A stretch of 63,953 bases of DNA, the filler included, from Octopus bimaculoides (Eukaryota): NCBI RefSeq assembly GCF_001194135.2. It is 8 parts of 8 records of this genome, joined end to end, with 100 filler letters (N's around TTAATTAATTAA, not from the genome) between each part and the next. Parts side by side here need not be neighbours in the genome. Positions count along the whole stretch, not along the records: positions 1 to 9,925 come from NC_068981.1; positions 10,026 to 25,622 come from NC_068991.1; 6 more parts are not named here. One strand, written 5' to 3'. The notes beneath the pieces were generated by a model. That model ran no database searches and was not told the origin of the DNA. It saw only the letters and a list, made by a program, of their open reading frames with translations. Both the position numbers and the translations under genes were made by a program. Shown here piece after piece: positions 1-11,233 of the stretch. Each line of letters starts with the position of its first letter. The stretch's first letter is position 1.

Positions 1-153
1 TCAATACAAATAGACTGCATCCCGTCTAACAGCTGTTTCTGCTTCAAATGGTGTATGCTATTGCCATTGATATTTTTAGCACAACAATGGCAATACCATA
101 CAACATTGGAAGCAGAAACAGCTGTTAGACGGGATGCAGTCTATTTGTATTGA
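1..153. repeat. Long foldback inverted repeat; the left arm may extend beyond the window
   Basis: 1-45 is the exact reverse complement of 109-153. Pairing continues imperfectly inward (about 46-69 with 85-108) around a loop of about 15 nt. 122-205 is homologous to about 9685-9780, so this is a dispersed repeat. Confidence 0.9.
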
Positions 154-205
154 ATGATAATTGATGTAAGTCAATTGTTGTTCATCAATATTTCTCCATT
201 TTCTG

Positions 206-425
206 TTTACTCTTTTACTTGTTTCAGTCATTTGACTGCAGCCATGCTGGAGTACCGCCTTTAGTGGAGCAAATCGACCCCAGGACTTATTCTTTGGAAG
301 CCTAGTACTTATTTTATCAGTTTCTTTTGCTGAACTGCTAAGTTATGGGGATGTAAACACACTACCATCGGTTGTCAAGCGATGTTGGGGGGACAAACAC
401 AGGTACACAAACATACACACACATC
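206..425 (-). mobile_element. 3' half of a tRNA-derived SINE, family A
   Basis: Reverse complement of the ...CTCCAGCATGGCTGCAGTCAAATGACTGAAACAAGTAAAAGAG 3' end shared with copies at about 8440-8582, 20940-21350, 44215-44690 and 62385-62741. Confidence 0.8.
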
Positions 426-429
426 ATGC

Positions 430-650
430 CAACACCATCCAGCCACATTCAGTAGTAAAATGCACTCATTATAACACTGTAACATATTATGTAACCTAAT
501 GAGGTTTCTTCTGCACAGTGAGGTTTATTTGATTTCATTATATTGTTCTCCACACTCTAGAGAGCAGTGCAGATGTAACCCGAAATGTTTGTTGTGCTAA
601 ATAAAGCTTACAGTACACTCTATTTTCCCTGTCAATTACCTAAAATATAT
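430..650 (+). mobile_element. Dispersed repeat with a degenerate hammerhead-like core (possible PLE terminal repeat)
   Basis: Colinear homologue at 48910-49125. It reads CCTAATGAG, then a long helix (TCTGCAC/GTGCAGA), then CGAAA at 496-585. Confidence 0.55.
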
Positions 651-655
651 ATATC

Positions 656-1020
656 ATCATCATCATCATCATTTAACATCCATTGTCCATGGTTTGACTG
701 GGCTGGCAAGGTTGGAAGGCTGCACCAGACTCCAGTCTGAATTAGCATGGTTTCCTACGGCTGGATGCCCTTCCTGATGCCAACCACTCTGAGAGTGTAG
801 TAGACGCTTTTACATGCTACTGGCATGGATGCCATTTGCATGACACCAGGGTGCTTTTATATGCCACCAGCACAGGTGCCAATTTGTGTAACACCAGTAT
901 CTGCCATGACTGCTGTTTTGATCAGCTTGATGGGGCCTCTTCTCAAGCATGACATAATGCCAAAGGTCTCGGTCATTGCCTCCCTGAGGTCCAACACTCG
1001 AAAGGAACTCAGCTACTTTG
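656..1020 (-). mobile_element. 3' end of an RTE-type LINE or derivative with a (GAT)n tail
   Basis: (CAT)n tract at about 656-671 followed by the window's common ...GGATGCCCTTCCTAACGCCAACCACTC... module. The minus strand at about 940-1020 resembles the RTE ORF C-terminus seen at 28411-28560. Confidence 0.65.
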
Positions 1021-2260
1021 CCTCCATGAGGCCCTATATATATGTGTGTGTGTGTGTGGAAAGCTGACATTAAACAATGATGATGATGATGATATAGGAA
1101 TGGTTACTTCACAATGTCCCTTGAAAAGCTAATTTAAATAGCGAAAACCGATTGGCTATCACTACATTTTATGAGACTTTTACCATCCATGAAATATGTA
1201 GATTTTATATTTTAGCACTTTTTAAAGGTGTTTTTTTAGGTGTTTTTAGAGCAAAAACTGATTTTTTGTTTTTTTTCTTTTCTATAATGAAAATTAACGT
1301 TAACAGTTTATCAATAACTTTCATTACATTTTTAAAGAATCAACTGATTAACGGTTAACGAAGTTAACTTTTTCATTAACGAATGAATGGTTAACAAAGT
1401 TAACTTTGCGATTAACAGTGCCCACCGTTGTAACTGGCCCAGGTGCCTGTTACATGACACCAGCATTGGCCATGATTATGATGTCACTTGGCTTGATGGG
1501 TCTTCCAAAGCACAACGTATCGCTGAAGGTCTTGTTCCCTTGTCATTGCCTCCATGAAACCCATAGGCATGACTGTGTGGTTAAGAAGCTTGCTTCCTAG
1601 CCGTGAGCTCTTAAGTTCAGTCCCACTATATAGCAGCTTGGGCAAGTGTCTTCTACTACAACCCCAGACTGTCTAAAGCCTTGCAAGTGGATTCAGAAGA
1701 AGGAAACTGAAAGAAGCCTATCATGCATATATGTGTGTTTGTGTGTGAGTGTGAGTGTGTTTGTGTGTACCCTGATCTAGATATTGTGTGATGGCTGTAA
1801 TTGAACATCATCAACATTCAAGTGATACTGTGTTTCCATTCTGAATATGTCATGAAAAAAATTACTTTGGAAATAGGTGAGGCTTGGCAACAGGAAGAGC
1901 ATCCAGCTGTAGAAAACTTGCCTCAATGAATTCCATCTGTCCCAGACAAGCATGGAAAAGTGGATATTAAACGATGATTACACACACACACAAAATGGGC
2001 TTCTTTCAGTTTCCACCTGTCACATCCACTGACAAGGTTTTGGCTGTCCTCTAGCCATAATAGAAGACACTTGCTCAAGGTAGCATAGAGGGAGACTGAA
2101 TCTGAAACAACATGGTTATAGAGCTAACTTCTTAACCGCACAGCCATGCCTGCATCTAAAATATTCTCTGTTAATCAAAATGTGTTTCCAGGTATGACCA
2201 ATCAGATTGCATTGTACCAAATGACTAAATACTTTGTGGTAACAGACTGTAATCACTTAC

Positions 2261-2310
2261 CATTAGCCAATAATGAGTATTAATTTCCATGGTGATTTGT
2301 TTTGGGCCAA
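2261..2310 (-). CDS. Candidate coding exon of an unidentified gene (50 nt; [V]GPKQITMEINTHYWLM)
   Basis: Minus-strand acceptor TTTTTTTATTTTTCTGGCAG| and donor ATG|GTAAGT. Only one frame is open; it starts in phase 1, matching the phase-1 end of the 2911-3038 exon. Confidence 0.65.
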
Positions 2311-2659
2311 CTGCCAGAAAAATAAAAAAATTTTTGACATGTTTCAGTTTTTACTCAATTTTACTTTTATTCTGAACTTTTTATTTTCCATTTATCTTTT
2401 TTTGAGGAAACAGATGGGCTGCACCAGTTCTAAAAGCCCCCATGATATGCCCTATGTCACAAGAGCATCGATTTAGTATTCCTAGCTGATGATGTGCAAC
2501 TATGCAGAAACATGTGTCCTATGATTCAACAAAAGAGGTGGCCATACATCAGGTGATAAGAAGTTAATTTGCATCACCAGTTTGGAACCCAACAGCAAGA
2601 ACCCTATACCTGTTTCTCTACCATATGTTCCTTAACATCATATAATATTCAAGAAAAAC

Positions 2660-2880
2660 AAGGCAGCGAACTGGCAAAATCGTTAGCACGCCGGGTGAAA
2701 TGCTCAGCGGTATTTCGTCTGTCTTTACGTTCTGAGTTCAAATTCCGCCGAGGTTGACTTTGCCTTCCATCCTTTCGGGGTCGATGAATTAAGTACCTGT
2801 TGTGTACTGGGGTCGATCTAATTGACTGGCCCTCTCCTAAAAAATTTTGGGCCTTGTGCCGAGAGTAGAAAAGAATATTT
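2660..2880 (+). mobile_element. tRNA-derived SINE, family B (central domain resembling Deu/Nin)
   Basis: Head GGCAGCGAACTGGCAAAATCGTTAGC, B-box-like GAGTTCAAATTCC, core TTCCATCCTTTCGGGGTCGAT..TAAGTACC. More than 12 copies in the window. The Nin assignment is from memory and unverified. Confidence 0.8.
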
Positions 2881-2910
2881 AAGAAAAACAAAAAAGCTGC
2901 CATCACTCAC

Positions 2911-3038
2911 CAGTAGGACTTGGAAGCTTATACCATGTTTTTGCTAATTGTTTCATGTTTCTACACATCCAAGAAGAGACAAAGATACCCTCTGGGCCTT
3001 CCCACTCATGACCCAGAGGAACATCAAGGATGTGACAG
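2911..3038 (-). CDS. Candidate coding exon of an unidentified gene (128 nt; CHILDVPLGHEWEGPEGIFVSSWMCRNMKQLAKTWYKLPSPT)
   Basis: Minus-strand acceptor CTCTCTCTCTCCCCCAG| and donor CTG|GTGAGT. One frame of three is stop-free (phase 2 in, phase 1 out). The sequence is non-repetitive and the peptide is complex and Trp-rich. Confidence 0.7.
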
Positions 3039-3720
3039 CTGGGGGAGAGAGAGAGACGGCTGCACAAGCACTGGGATGGTAATTATTTTCAGCTGAGTAA
3101 ACAGGTGCAACGTGAAATGAAGTACTTTGCTTAAGAACATGACTAACTGCCAGGCCTAGGAATTGAACCTATACTCATGAGACCAACACTCTAACCAGTG
3201 GACCACATGCTTCCATCATATAACATTAATGCTCAATAATTAATTATTATTATTATTAGGAAGCTTGGGAAATATGTATTTTCTGAGCATGCATCTGGAC
3301 CGTCCTAAGATGTCTCCTGAGTCAAACTCTGTGCATCAAACTCTACTCACAAGACATCTAAGGTGGCCGGACTATCCAAGGGGAACTCATCTGAAAGGTG
3401 GTCAACCTACCTCTGCTCCCAAGCTAGAGGACAACTGAAGATAGGGCTGGTGACATTACAGACATAGGTGGAAGTACAATAGGGGACCCTGTGTCTATCG
3501 TCTACGGCAGTGGAACTGGAGTGGGTAATCATTACAGCCTCAAATGCTAATGATCACAGGAGTTTTGACACCCCAGATAATTACAGGTACATGTAATGGT
3601 TGTTGCAAGCTTTGGAGGAAGAAACTGTCTTCAAATCATTCTCAAATGTTCTGGACACTTTTCTTCTTCCTCTGGTCAAGCCGTAAATGGTAACTATATG
3701 CTTTATGGTTTGTTAATTAC

Positions 3721-3768
3721 ACTGCAGTAATTCTCTGGTGCGTTCAGATTAAACTGTTTTTTCCGGAG
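3721..3768 (-). CDS. Candidate coding exon (48 nt; LRKKQFNLNAPENYCS)
   Basis: Strong acceptor TTTTTTTTTTTCAG| and a single open frame. The donor AGT|GTAATT is moderate. Its phase does not join the 3038 exon directly, so an intervening exon is required. Confidence 0.45.
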
Positions 3769-4294
3769 CTGAAAAAAAAAAATAATACAAAACAAATACA
3801 AAACAAGCTGCATGTTTAATTAACAAATTACTATATCATCATTGAATTCAGCTTTGCAATAAGAATTTCCCAACTGGAACCCCTTCCCCCTGCTCCCCAC
3901 CACACCACATACATACACAGACCTATACAAAATTAAAAGCAATATCATTATTTTTTAACAAGGAACTTTCATGTAACCCAGTTTACACACGAGCCTTGTG
4001 CATCCTTTGTATATTAACTATTGACAAAGAGTGCCTAACAAGATTGGCCACAAGAAAATTATGAAACAAACTGAAACAAATCAATGGAAAGTTATTATTA
4101 TTATTATTATTATTATTATCATCATCATTATTATTATTATTATTATCCCCCCTCACTCACTACTTTTACTCTATTACAAGGAAAACTAATTGATATTAAT
4201 GCTCTTAATTAGCAACATGTTGCAGACTACAGAACACACCTGTCTAAACTTGTATAAATCAGCCAAATTCTGATGATGATGATGATGATAATAA

Positions 4295-4351
<57 letters not shown>

Positions 4352-4444
4352 TGATAATAAAGATATGACTTGTCAAGATCGTAGGTGGGAGATAGAATAG
4401 TGATATTGCACAGATGTACACAACAGGAGAGAGAGAGAGAGAGT

Positions 4445-4483
<39 letters not shown>

Positions 4484-5850
4484 CAAGTGTGTGTGTGTGT
4501 GTGTAAGAAGAAGGGAGAACAAGTAAGAGAGGAATGTTGCTGCTGTTTAACAACCTTACAGCTTTCAAGAGTGTCTGATAGGAAAAACCTGTCCAGTCAC
4601 TGCATCACAGCATGTGTTAACAGCGGTCACCCCCAACCTCCACCGAAACTCTTCAAATGGGCCGTAAGACTTGCTTTCCTACTTTTTCTTACATGCAATC
4701 GCCTCTATTGTGGTTGGCCCCTCAAAATAGACTACTTATTGTATACCGGTTTTTATAGATAACTTATTTCAGATGTAGGACTGTGGCTGTGGTGGGACAC
4801 TTGTCTTGAAGGATTTAGTCAAACAAATTAACTCAGTTTGGTACTTATTCGACCAGTTTCTGTTTTTTCTTGCCACATTTCTAACTTACGGGAACATAAA
4901 CAAACCAACATCAGACGTCAGGTAATGAGGGAACATATACACCACACACACACATCACCACTTCACATCTGTTTTCCATACCGCGTGGGCTGAACGGTTT
5001 GACTGGAGATGCTAAGGCAGCAGCCACACCAGATTCCATTGTCTGTTTTGGCTTGGTTTCTACAGCTGGCTGCCCTTTCTAACACACACACACACACACA
5101 CACACACAAAGAGAACCCCTTCGATCATGACTGACCATAGGATTGCACTTAGAAAGTTACCCTCCCAGGCATAAGTCCGGGCAGTCACCCATGCATACCG
5201 GCCTCCTGTCTACACGCCACCGATGTTATCCAAGGGAAAGGCAAAGGCCGATACAGCTTGGCACTAACGACATTGCAACTCATTTCTACAACTGAGTGAA
5301 CCGAAGCAATGTGAAATAAAGTCTTGCTCAAGAACACAACACACAGCCCAGTCTGGGAATTGAACTCACAATGTCACGATCGTAAGCTTGACATTCTAAT
5401 CACTGAGCCATGCACCTTCACACACACATAAATATATATATAATACTGTGCTTGAGAAGACCTGTTAAACCAAGTGAGATTATAGTCGTGGCCAAATGCT
5501 GGTGTTTCAAAACTGGCACATGTCGGTGGCACATAAAAAGTACCCACTACACTCTTTCTACAGCATCCAGCTGTAGAAACAATGCCAAATCAGATTGGAC
5601 CCTGGTGCAGTTCCCTAGCTTACCAGTTTTCAGTCAAACCGTCCAATCCATGCCAGTATGGACAATGGACATTCAATGATGATGATATATACACACATAC
5701 ATACACATGACAAGCTTTCACAGTATCTGTCTATGAAATTCACTTGCAAGGCATTGGTCAGCTCAGGCTACAGTAGAAGACACACCTTGTTTGCTGTGCA
5801 ATGAGATTGAACCCAGAATCATACAATTGCAAAGCAAGCTGATTAACTAT

Positions 5851-5894
5851 GACACCTGACGAAGGCTGGAGGGTATATCAGCCGAAACATTGTT
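5851..5894 (+). ncRNA. Degenerate minimal hammerhead-ribozyme-like motif
   Basis: CTGACGA (5856-5862), A, GGCTG, a 10-nt loop, CAGCC, GAAAC (5884-5888). Core and helix II are intact; helices I and III do not close properly as written. Confidence 0.45.
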
Positions 5895-6789
5895 AACAAC
5901 AAACAAGATGAGGACGAACCTCCGTCAAATGTAAATGGCTACATCAATGAATACATTTGATCATTCATTTCACATTCCCTATGCTTACATGGGTTGAACA
6001 ACTCTTTCCTTCCTTCCTCATCCTTCTTGGGTGGCCAAGTATCTCCTCTTAGTAAACCAGCTATCTCTGTCTCTCCATCACACCCCTCATTAGGCACACA
6101 TTCCCTCTCTCAGTTGAGAGGTCTTTGTCTTGCAAGCCACTTGGCAACCCCCATGGTGTTGGTGCCACATAAAAAGCACTCATCCTGCTGCCATGTAAAA
6201 AGCACCCAGTACACTCTGTAAAGTGGTTGGCATTAGGAAGAGCCTCCAGTAGTAGAGACCTTGCCAAAACAAACTAGAGCCTGGTGCAGCTCCCCAGCTT
6301 GCCAGTTCCTGTCAAAAGGTCCAACCCATGCCAGCATGGAAAATGGATGTTAATGACGATGAAGCATTGTTTTACAGTGGGATGCCCTTTCTATCACTAA
6401 CCTTTACCTGTCTCACAAGTAAGGGATCACTTATTCTCATAGCTTTGAATGTACAAAGTGACCTGATTATTTGTTGAAAGGAGACCTGACCACAATACCA
6501 CTCATTGTGGCTGTTATGCAATTGATTGCAGATGCAAACACAAATGTGTGTGTGTGTGTGTGTGTGTGTGCCTATATAAACAATAAAAAGTCAGTAGTAT
6601 GAGAAGTGAATATATTTACTTAACCACTTGCTATCCTTAGGATTATAGCCATTTCCTCGTGAAATAATCTCATCGATTGAATCTTCTGAGTTTCAGTTGC
6701 ATAGAAACTCTGTATTGCACTCCTACCTATCGGATTACTATGCTGTCTGCTAGAGGAGCTTTCTTTGATCACCACACACTTCTATGAAT

Positions 6790-6820
<31 letters not shown>

Positions 6821-6918
6821 CGTTTTTATGCTTAGTTATAATAAAAACAATTTTACATGAATCTGAGAGGTTACTCTGTACTTTTGTAGAGGACAAATTT
6901 ATTCTTAAAGAAGAATAC

Positions 6919-6967
6919 CATTGACAGTGACTTTGAAGTCTTGTCCTGTAAAGCCATCATCTTATGG
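6919..6967 (-). CDS. Weak candidate exon (49 nt; HKMMALQDKTSKSLSM)
   Basis: Acceptor AATTTTATTTCCAATAG| and donor ATG|GTATTC. It is phase-compatible with an open 157-nt segment at 6625-6781. Confidence 0.3.
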
Positions 6968-7358
6968 CTATTGGAAATAAAATTGGACAAATGTTATACT
7001 TATGACAGTTATTCAGTCAGAAACATAAGTCCAGTACTCTTCTCTTATCTCCAGACAATAAAACTAGAAGAGGAAATAAACTCGTCCTTTTTAGTAATAT
7101 GTCAACTTAGGAGGAATTTGATTCTTGTGATTATCTCCCCTGGAGCTGGTGTTAATTGGGACACATCCCCTAGAGGCAGAGATGGTTTTAACCTTCAAAC
7201 ACACTTGGTCCCCTCTGAGTCTAACTTTACCTTCCGCCTGGGCTCCTGAGCAAAATGAATAAATGGTTGCAGATACGGCTGAAGAGTGACGACTGCAGGC
7301 AAACTAAAGGACAGAATCACAGTAAGAGGACCATCTCTTAATTACCATATTTACTCAC

Positions 7359-7413
7359 CCAAGTCGCTATTTTCCTCATTACTTTTACCAGTTTGATGGT
7401 TTGAATCACTCAT
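7359..7413 (-). CDS. Candidate first or early coding exon (MSDSNHQTGKSNEENSDL)
   Basis: ATG at 7413-7411 with in-frame stops upstream, 18 codons, then a consensus donor TGG|GTGAGT (phase 1), in non-repetitive sequence. Confidence 0.4.
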
Positions 7414-9969
7414 TACTGGTGAAAGTGTAAACTCTTCAAACAATAAATATCATCAATAATTTCCTCAACAGCAAAGAGCCTCAGCCTTGTTTGTTTACAA
7501 GATGAAGAGCTGGGTTTATATCACAAGCAAAATGCTTTTTTTTTTTCTTTTTTTCATTAAAAGAAGTAAACAACAGCTTTGATAAGGGGGGAACCATTAA
7601 CAATGAGTCAGTCATAAACACACTTTGACTACAAAACTGTAACATGATCAGGGGTCTAATTTTAGTATTCTATCTGCGTTTTTTTGTTTTTTTTACACGT
7701 GCTGTTCTTTTCCAGTGTACCAGGAATCTGGCAGAGATGACATTTAAGCTATTTCTGCTAGAGCGGATGGATGCAGAGTGACAGGGTTAATAAATCAAGA
7801 ATTTGTGTTCTATAGTATTTGATATGCATATATTTGTTCATCAACATCATCATCATCGTTTAACGTTCACTTTCCATGCTAGCATGGGTTGGACGATTTG
7901 ACTGAGGACTGATGGACCAGGAGGCGACACCAGGCTCCAATCTGATTTGGCAGAGTTTCTACAGCTGGATGCCCTTCCTAACGCCAACCACTCAGAGAGT
8001 GTAGCAGGTGCTTTTACATGCCACCCGCACGAAGGCCAGTCAGGCGGTACTGGCAACGGCCATGCTCAAAATGGTGTATTTTACATGCCACCTGCACAGG
8101 AGCCAGTCCAGCGGCACTGGCAATGATCTCGCTCGAATGTCTTTTTCACGTGCCACCAGCACAAGTGCCAGTAAGGCGACGTTGGTAACGATTAGGCTCA
8201 AATGGTGCTATTTACGTGCCACTGGCACGGAAGGCAGACAGCTGCTCAGGCAACGTTCACGCTCGGACGGTGCTCTTAGCGCTCCACTGGTACAGGTGCC
8301 ATCACAATTTCGCTTTCGCTTGCCCCAACAGGTCTTCACAATCACAAATTTCCTTAAGGCTGACAATGAATGACTTGAGTAACTCAAGAAAGAGGTTGCC
8401 TATCAAAGGCAATTAACCAGAGAGGTGATAAAGTGTTTACATCCCTGTAATTTAGTGGTTAGGCAAAAGAGACCGATAGAATAAGTACTAGGCTTACAAA
8501 GAATAAGTTCTGGAGTAGACTTGCTCAACTAAAAGCAGTGCTCCAGCATGGCTGCAGTCAAATGACTGAAACAAGTAAAAGAGCACCAAGCATTCCATTT
8601 ATTTCAGGGGACGTTGGACTACACTATCTAATGTTTCCTGTCCTTAATTAAAAAGCATTAAGGTATGATTTGCTGGAGATTTGGCTGCTGTAATTAGCAA
8701 CCAGCTAGAGGCAACCATGCCATTTTGATGATGTACTTACTGGTTGTCAACAGGGGATATGCCTCGGGTTAAAGTCAGGCTTACAAAGACTTGGGATGCA
8801 GAATTGAGGCCAGACCTAACAATACCAAGACTCACAGAGAAGAAAATGATGCAGAAATGAATAGAGATATGCCATACTAGAGAAACAATAGAAGCTGGTT
8901 TAAAAAGAAGAAAAAAAGATGCAGGATGCTTGGTGCTACAAATGATAAGTGTTGCTGTGTAAAAACAATAATATACAAGATTTAATTAATCATTATAATT
9001 ACTACCGCATCATGGTAAAGCTGAACCAATTTCATTGGAGACCAACTATGGCACAAGCTTATCAATACATTGTCTGTTATTAAGGCAATGAGCTGGCAGA
9101 GTCATTAACACACCAGGAAAAATGTTTAGTGGTATTTCATCAATCTCTACACTCTCTGAGTTCAAGTTCTGCCAAGGTCGACTTGGCCTTTTGTCCTCTC
9201 AGGGTTGATAGAATAAATACCAGCGGAGCAATGGCATTGATGCAATCAATTGAATTCTTCCCCCGAAATTGCTGGCCTTCTGTGAAACTTTGAAGCCAAT
9301 AATAATGGCTTTGAACATAAATAAAAGAAGTTCTAATTTATAAGTGAATCACCTCAATGTTAAATACAATGTATCACAATAATAAATTTTTACTAATTTC
9401 AGTCATTGGACTATGGCCATGCTGGGGCACTACCTTGAAGGGTTTAGAAGAACCAATGAATCGCAGTACTTATTCTATCAATCTCTTTTGCCAAACTGTT
9501 AAGTTACCAATACTGGTGTCAAGCGGTGGTACGGAAAGACAACACAGACACCTACGCATACACACACATGCATTCCAACACACATGCACGACAGGCTCTC
9601 ACAGTTTCCGCCTACCAAATTCAAGGTTCAGCTGGCCTAGGGGCTTTGTAGTAGACACTTTCTCAAAGTGTTGCACAATGGGCCTGTTAGAAGGGGATGT
9701 AGTCTATTTGTATTAAATTAATAAATAATTGATGTTAGTCAATTGTTGTTAATCAGCACTTCTCCATTTTCTGTTTCCATTATATATATATATTACTGTT
9801 GTGTCTGGAGAGAGTCATTCTCTTTTGGTGCCCTATAATTTAACACACTCACCGGTTAAATTCCCACTTATTTCTTTTTTTTTTTATAAAAAAAACATTT
9901 TTTTAATTTAAAAAAGTGGAACTTTNNNNNNNNNNNNNNNNNNNNNNNNNNNNNNNNNNNNNNNNNNNN

Positions 9970-9981
9970 TTAATTAATTAA
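9970..9981. other. Scaffolding linker TTAATTAATTAA centred in 100-nt N gaps (artefact)
   Basis: The same 12-mer, with stops in all six frames, is at 9970, 25667, 30588, 46293, 57141, 59770 and 62786, always flanked by 44 Ns on each side. Confidence 0.95.
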
Positions 9982-10025
9982 NNNNNNNNNNNNNNNNNNN
10001 NNNNNNNNNNNNNNNNNNNNNNNNN

Positions 10026-10066
<41 letters not shown>

Positions 10067-10676
10067 GGTAGGGATCTAGCTTGACCCTGCCTGAGATTTG
10101 AAACCAAATCCACCTGCTTGTTGCTTGTCAAAATGAGCGGGAAATCCTCTCCACACCAGATGATTGATGAGGAAACACTCGAGCCCCTAGAACCTGTGCT
10201 GGTCAAGGAAAGGTCAGTTCTTTGATTAAGGTTAGACCTACATTACTGACCATAGTCTATATAACAGAGAGAATTTCCTCTCTTTCTCTTATGCATCAGC
10301 CATGACCAAGAGCAACACTTTCCTCGGCCACAAGAAAAGTGATGGCACCTCTATCCTTTCTTCCTTTCTTGTCAGCAGTGTGCATTCCTTACTCTTTTAC
10401 TCTCTACTGACAGACAATCCTCTTCTCCACTATCAATTACTAACCAGCGAGCCATCCTTGTTGTTACTAATAATAGAATTGCTACTGACTCCTTAACTAC
10501 CTGTTGGGCAAACAAATAAACATATGTAAATAATGTTTCTTTCTTCTTGGTGTTGATTCTTTGATGTTTACTGGTACTCTGACACGAGAACCTTCAAGTG
10601 TTACATCTACATGCTACATTCTGTAGTGGGCTACATCATATCAAATTGATATGGCACATCTCATCCAGCCCACTTC

Positions 10677-10710
<34 letters not shown>

Positions 10711-10850
10711 CCACAGATTTTTATTCTATTAAAATATTTCACTATTTCTCCATTGTTTCTTACCTTCTTGATGATGTTAGAGTTAATATCTAGTAATTTT
10801 CAGTCATATCGATTATTTTGCTTAACATACTTTGTGTGATCTTTGTGTTA

Positions 10851-11233
10851 GTGGAGGCGCAATGGCCCAATGGTTAGGGCAGCGGACTTGCAGTCATAGG
10901 ATCGCGGTTTCGATTCCCAGACTGGGTGTTGTGAGTGTTTATTGAGTGAAAACACCTAAAGCTCCACGAGGCTCCGATGGGGGATGGTGACGAACCCTGC
11001 TGTACTCTTTCACCACAACTTTCTCTTACTCTTTCTTCCTGTTTCTGTTGTGCCTGTAATTCAAAGGGCCAGCCTTGTCACACTGTGTCACACTGAATAA
11101 CCCCGAGAACTACGTTAAGGGTACATGTGTCTGTGGAGTGCTCAGCCACTTGCATGTTAATTTCACGAGCAGGCTGTTCCATTGATCGGATCGACGTCGT
11201 AAGCGACGGAGTGCCAACAACAACAACAACAAC
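10851..11233 (+). mobile_element. Full-length tRNA-derived SINE, family C, with an (AAC)n tail
   Basis: A-box TGGCCCAATGG, B-box GGTTTCGATTCC, (CAA)n tail. TSD GATCTTTGTG at 10838-10847 and 11234-11243. Confidence 0.9.

Noticed and set aside
2414-2476. Plus-strand short ORF MGCTSSKSPHDMPYVTRASI with a dual-acylation-like start
   Set aside because: It has only 20 codons, no good splice donor, and lies antisense within the better-supported minus-strand gene. A chance match is plausible.
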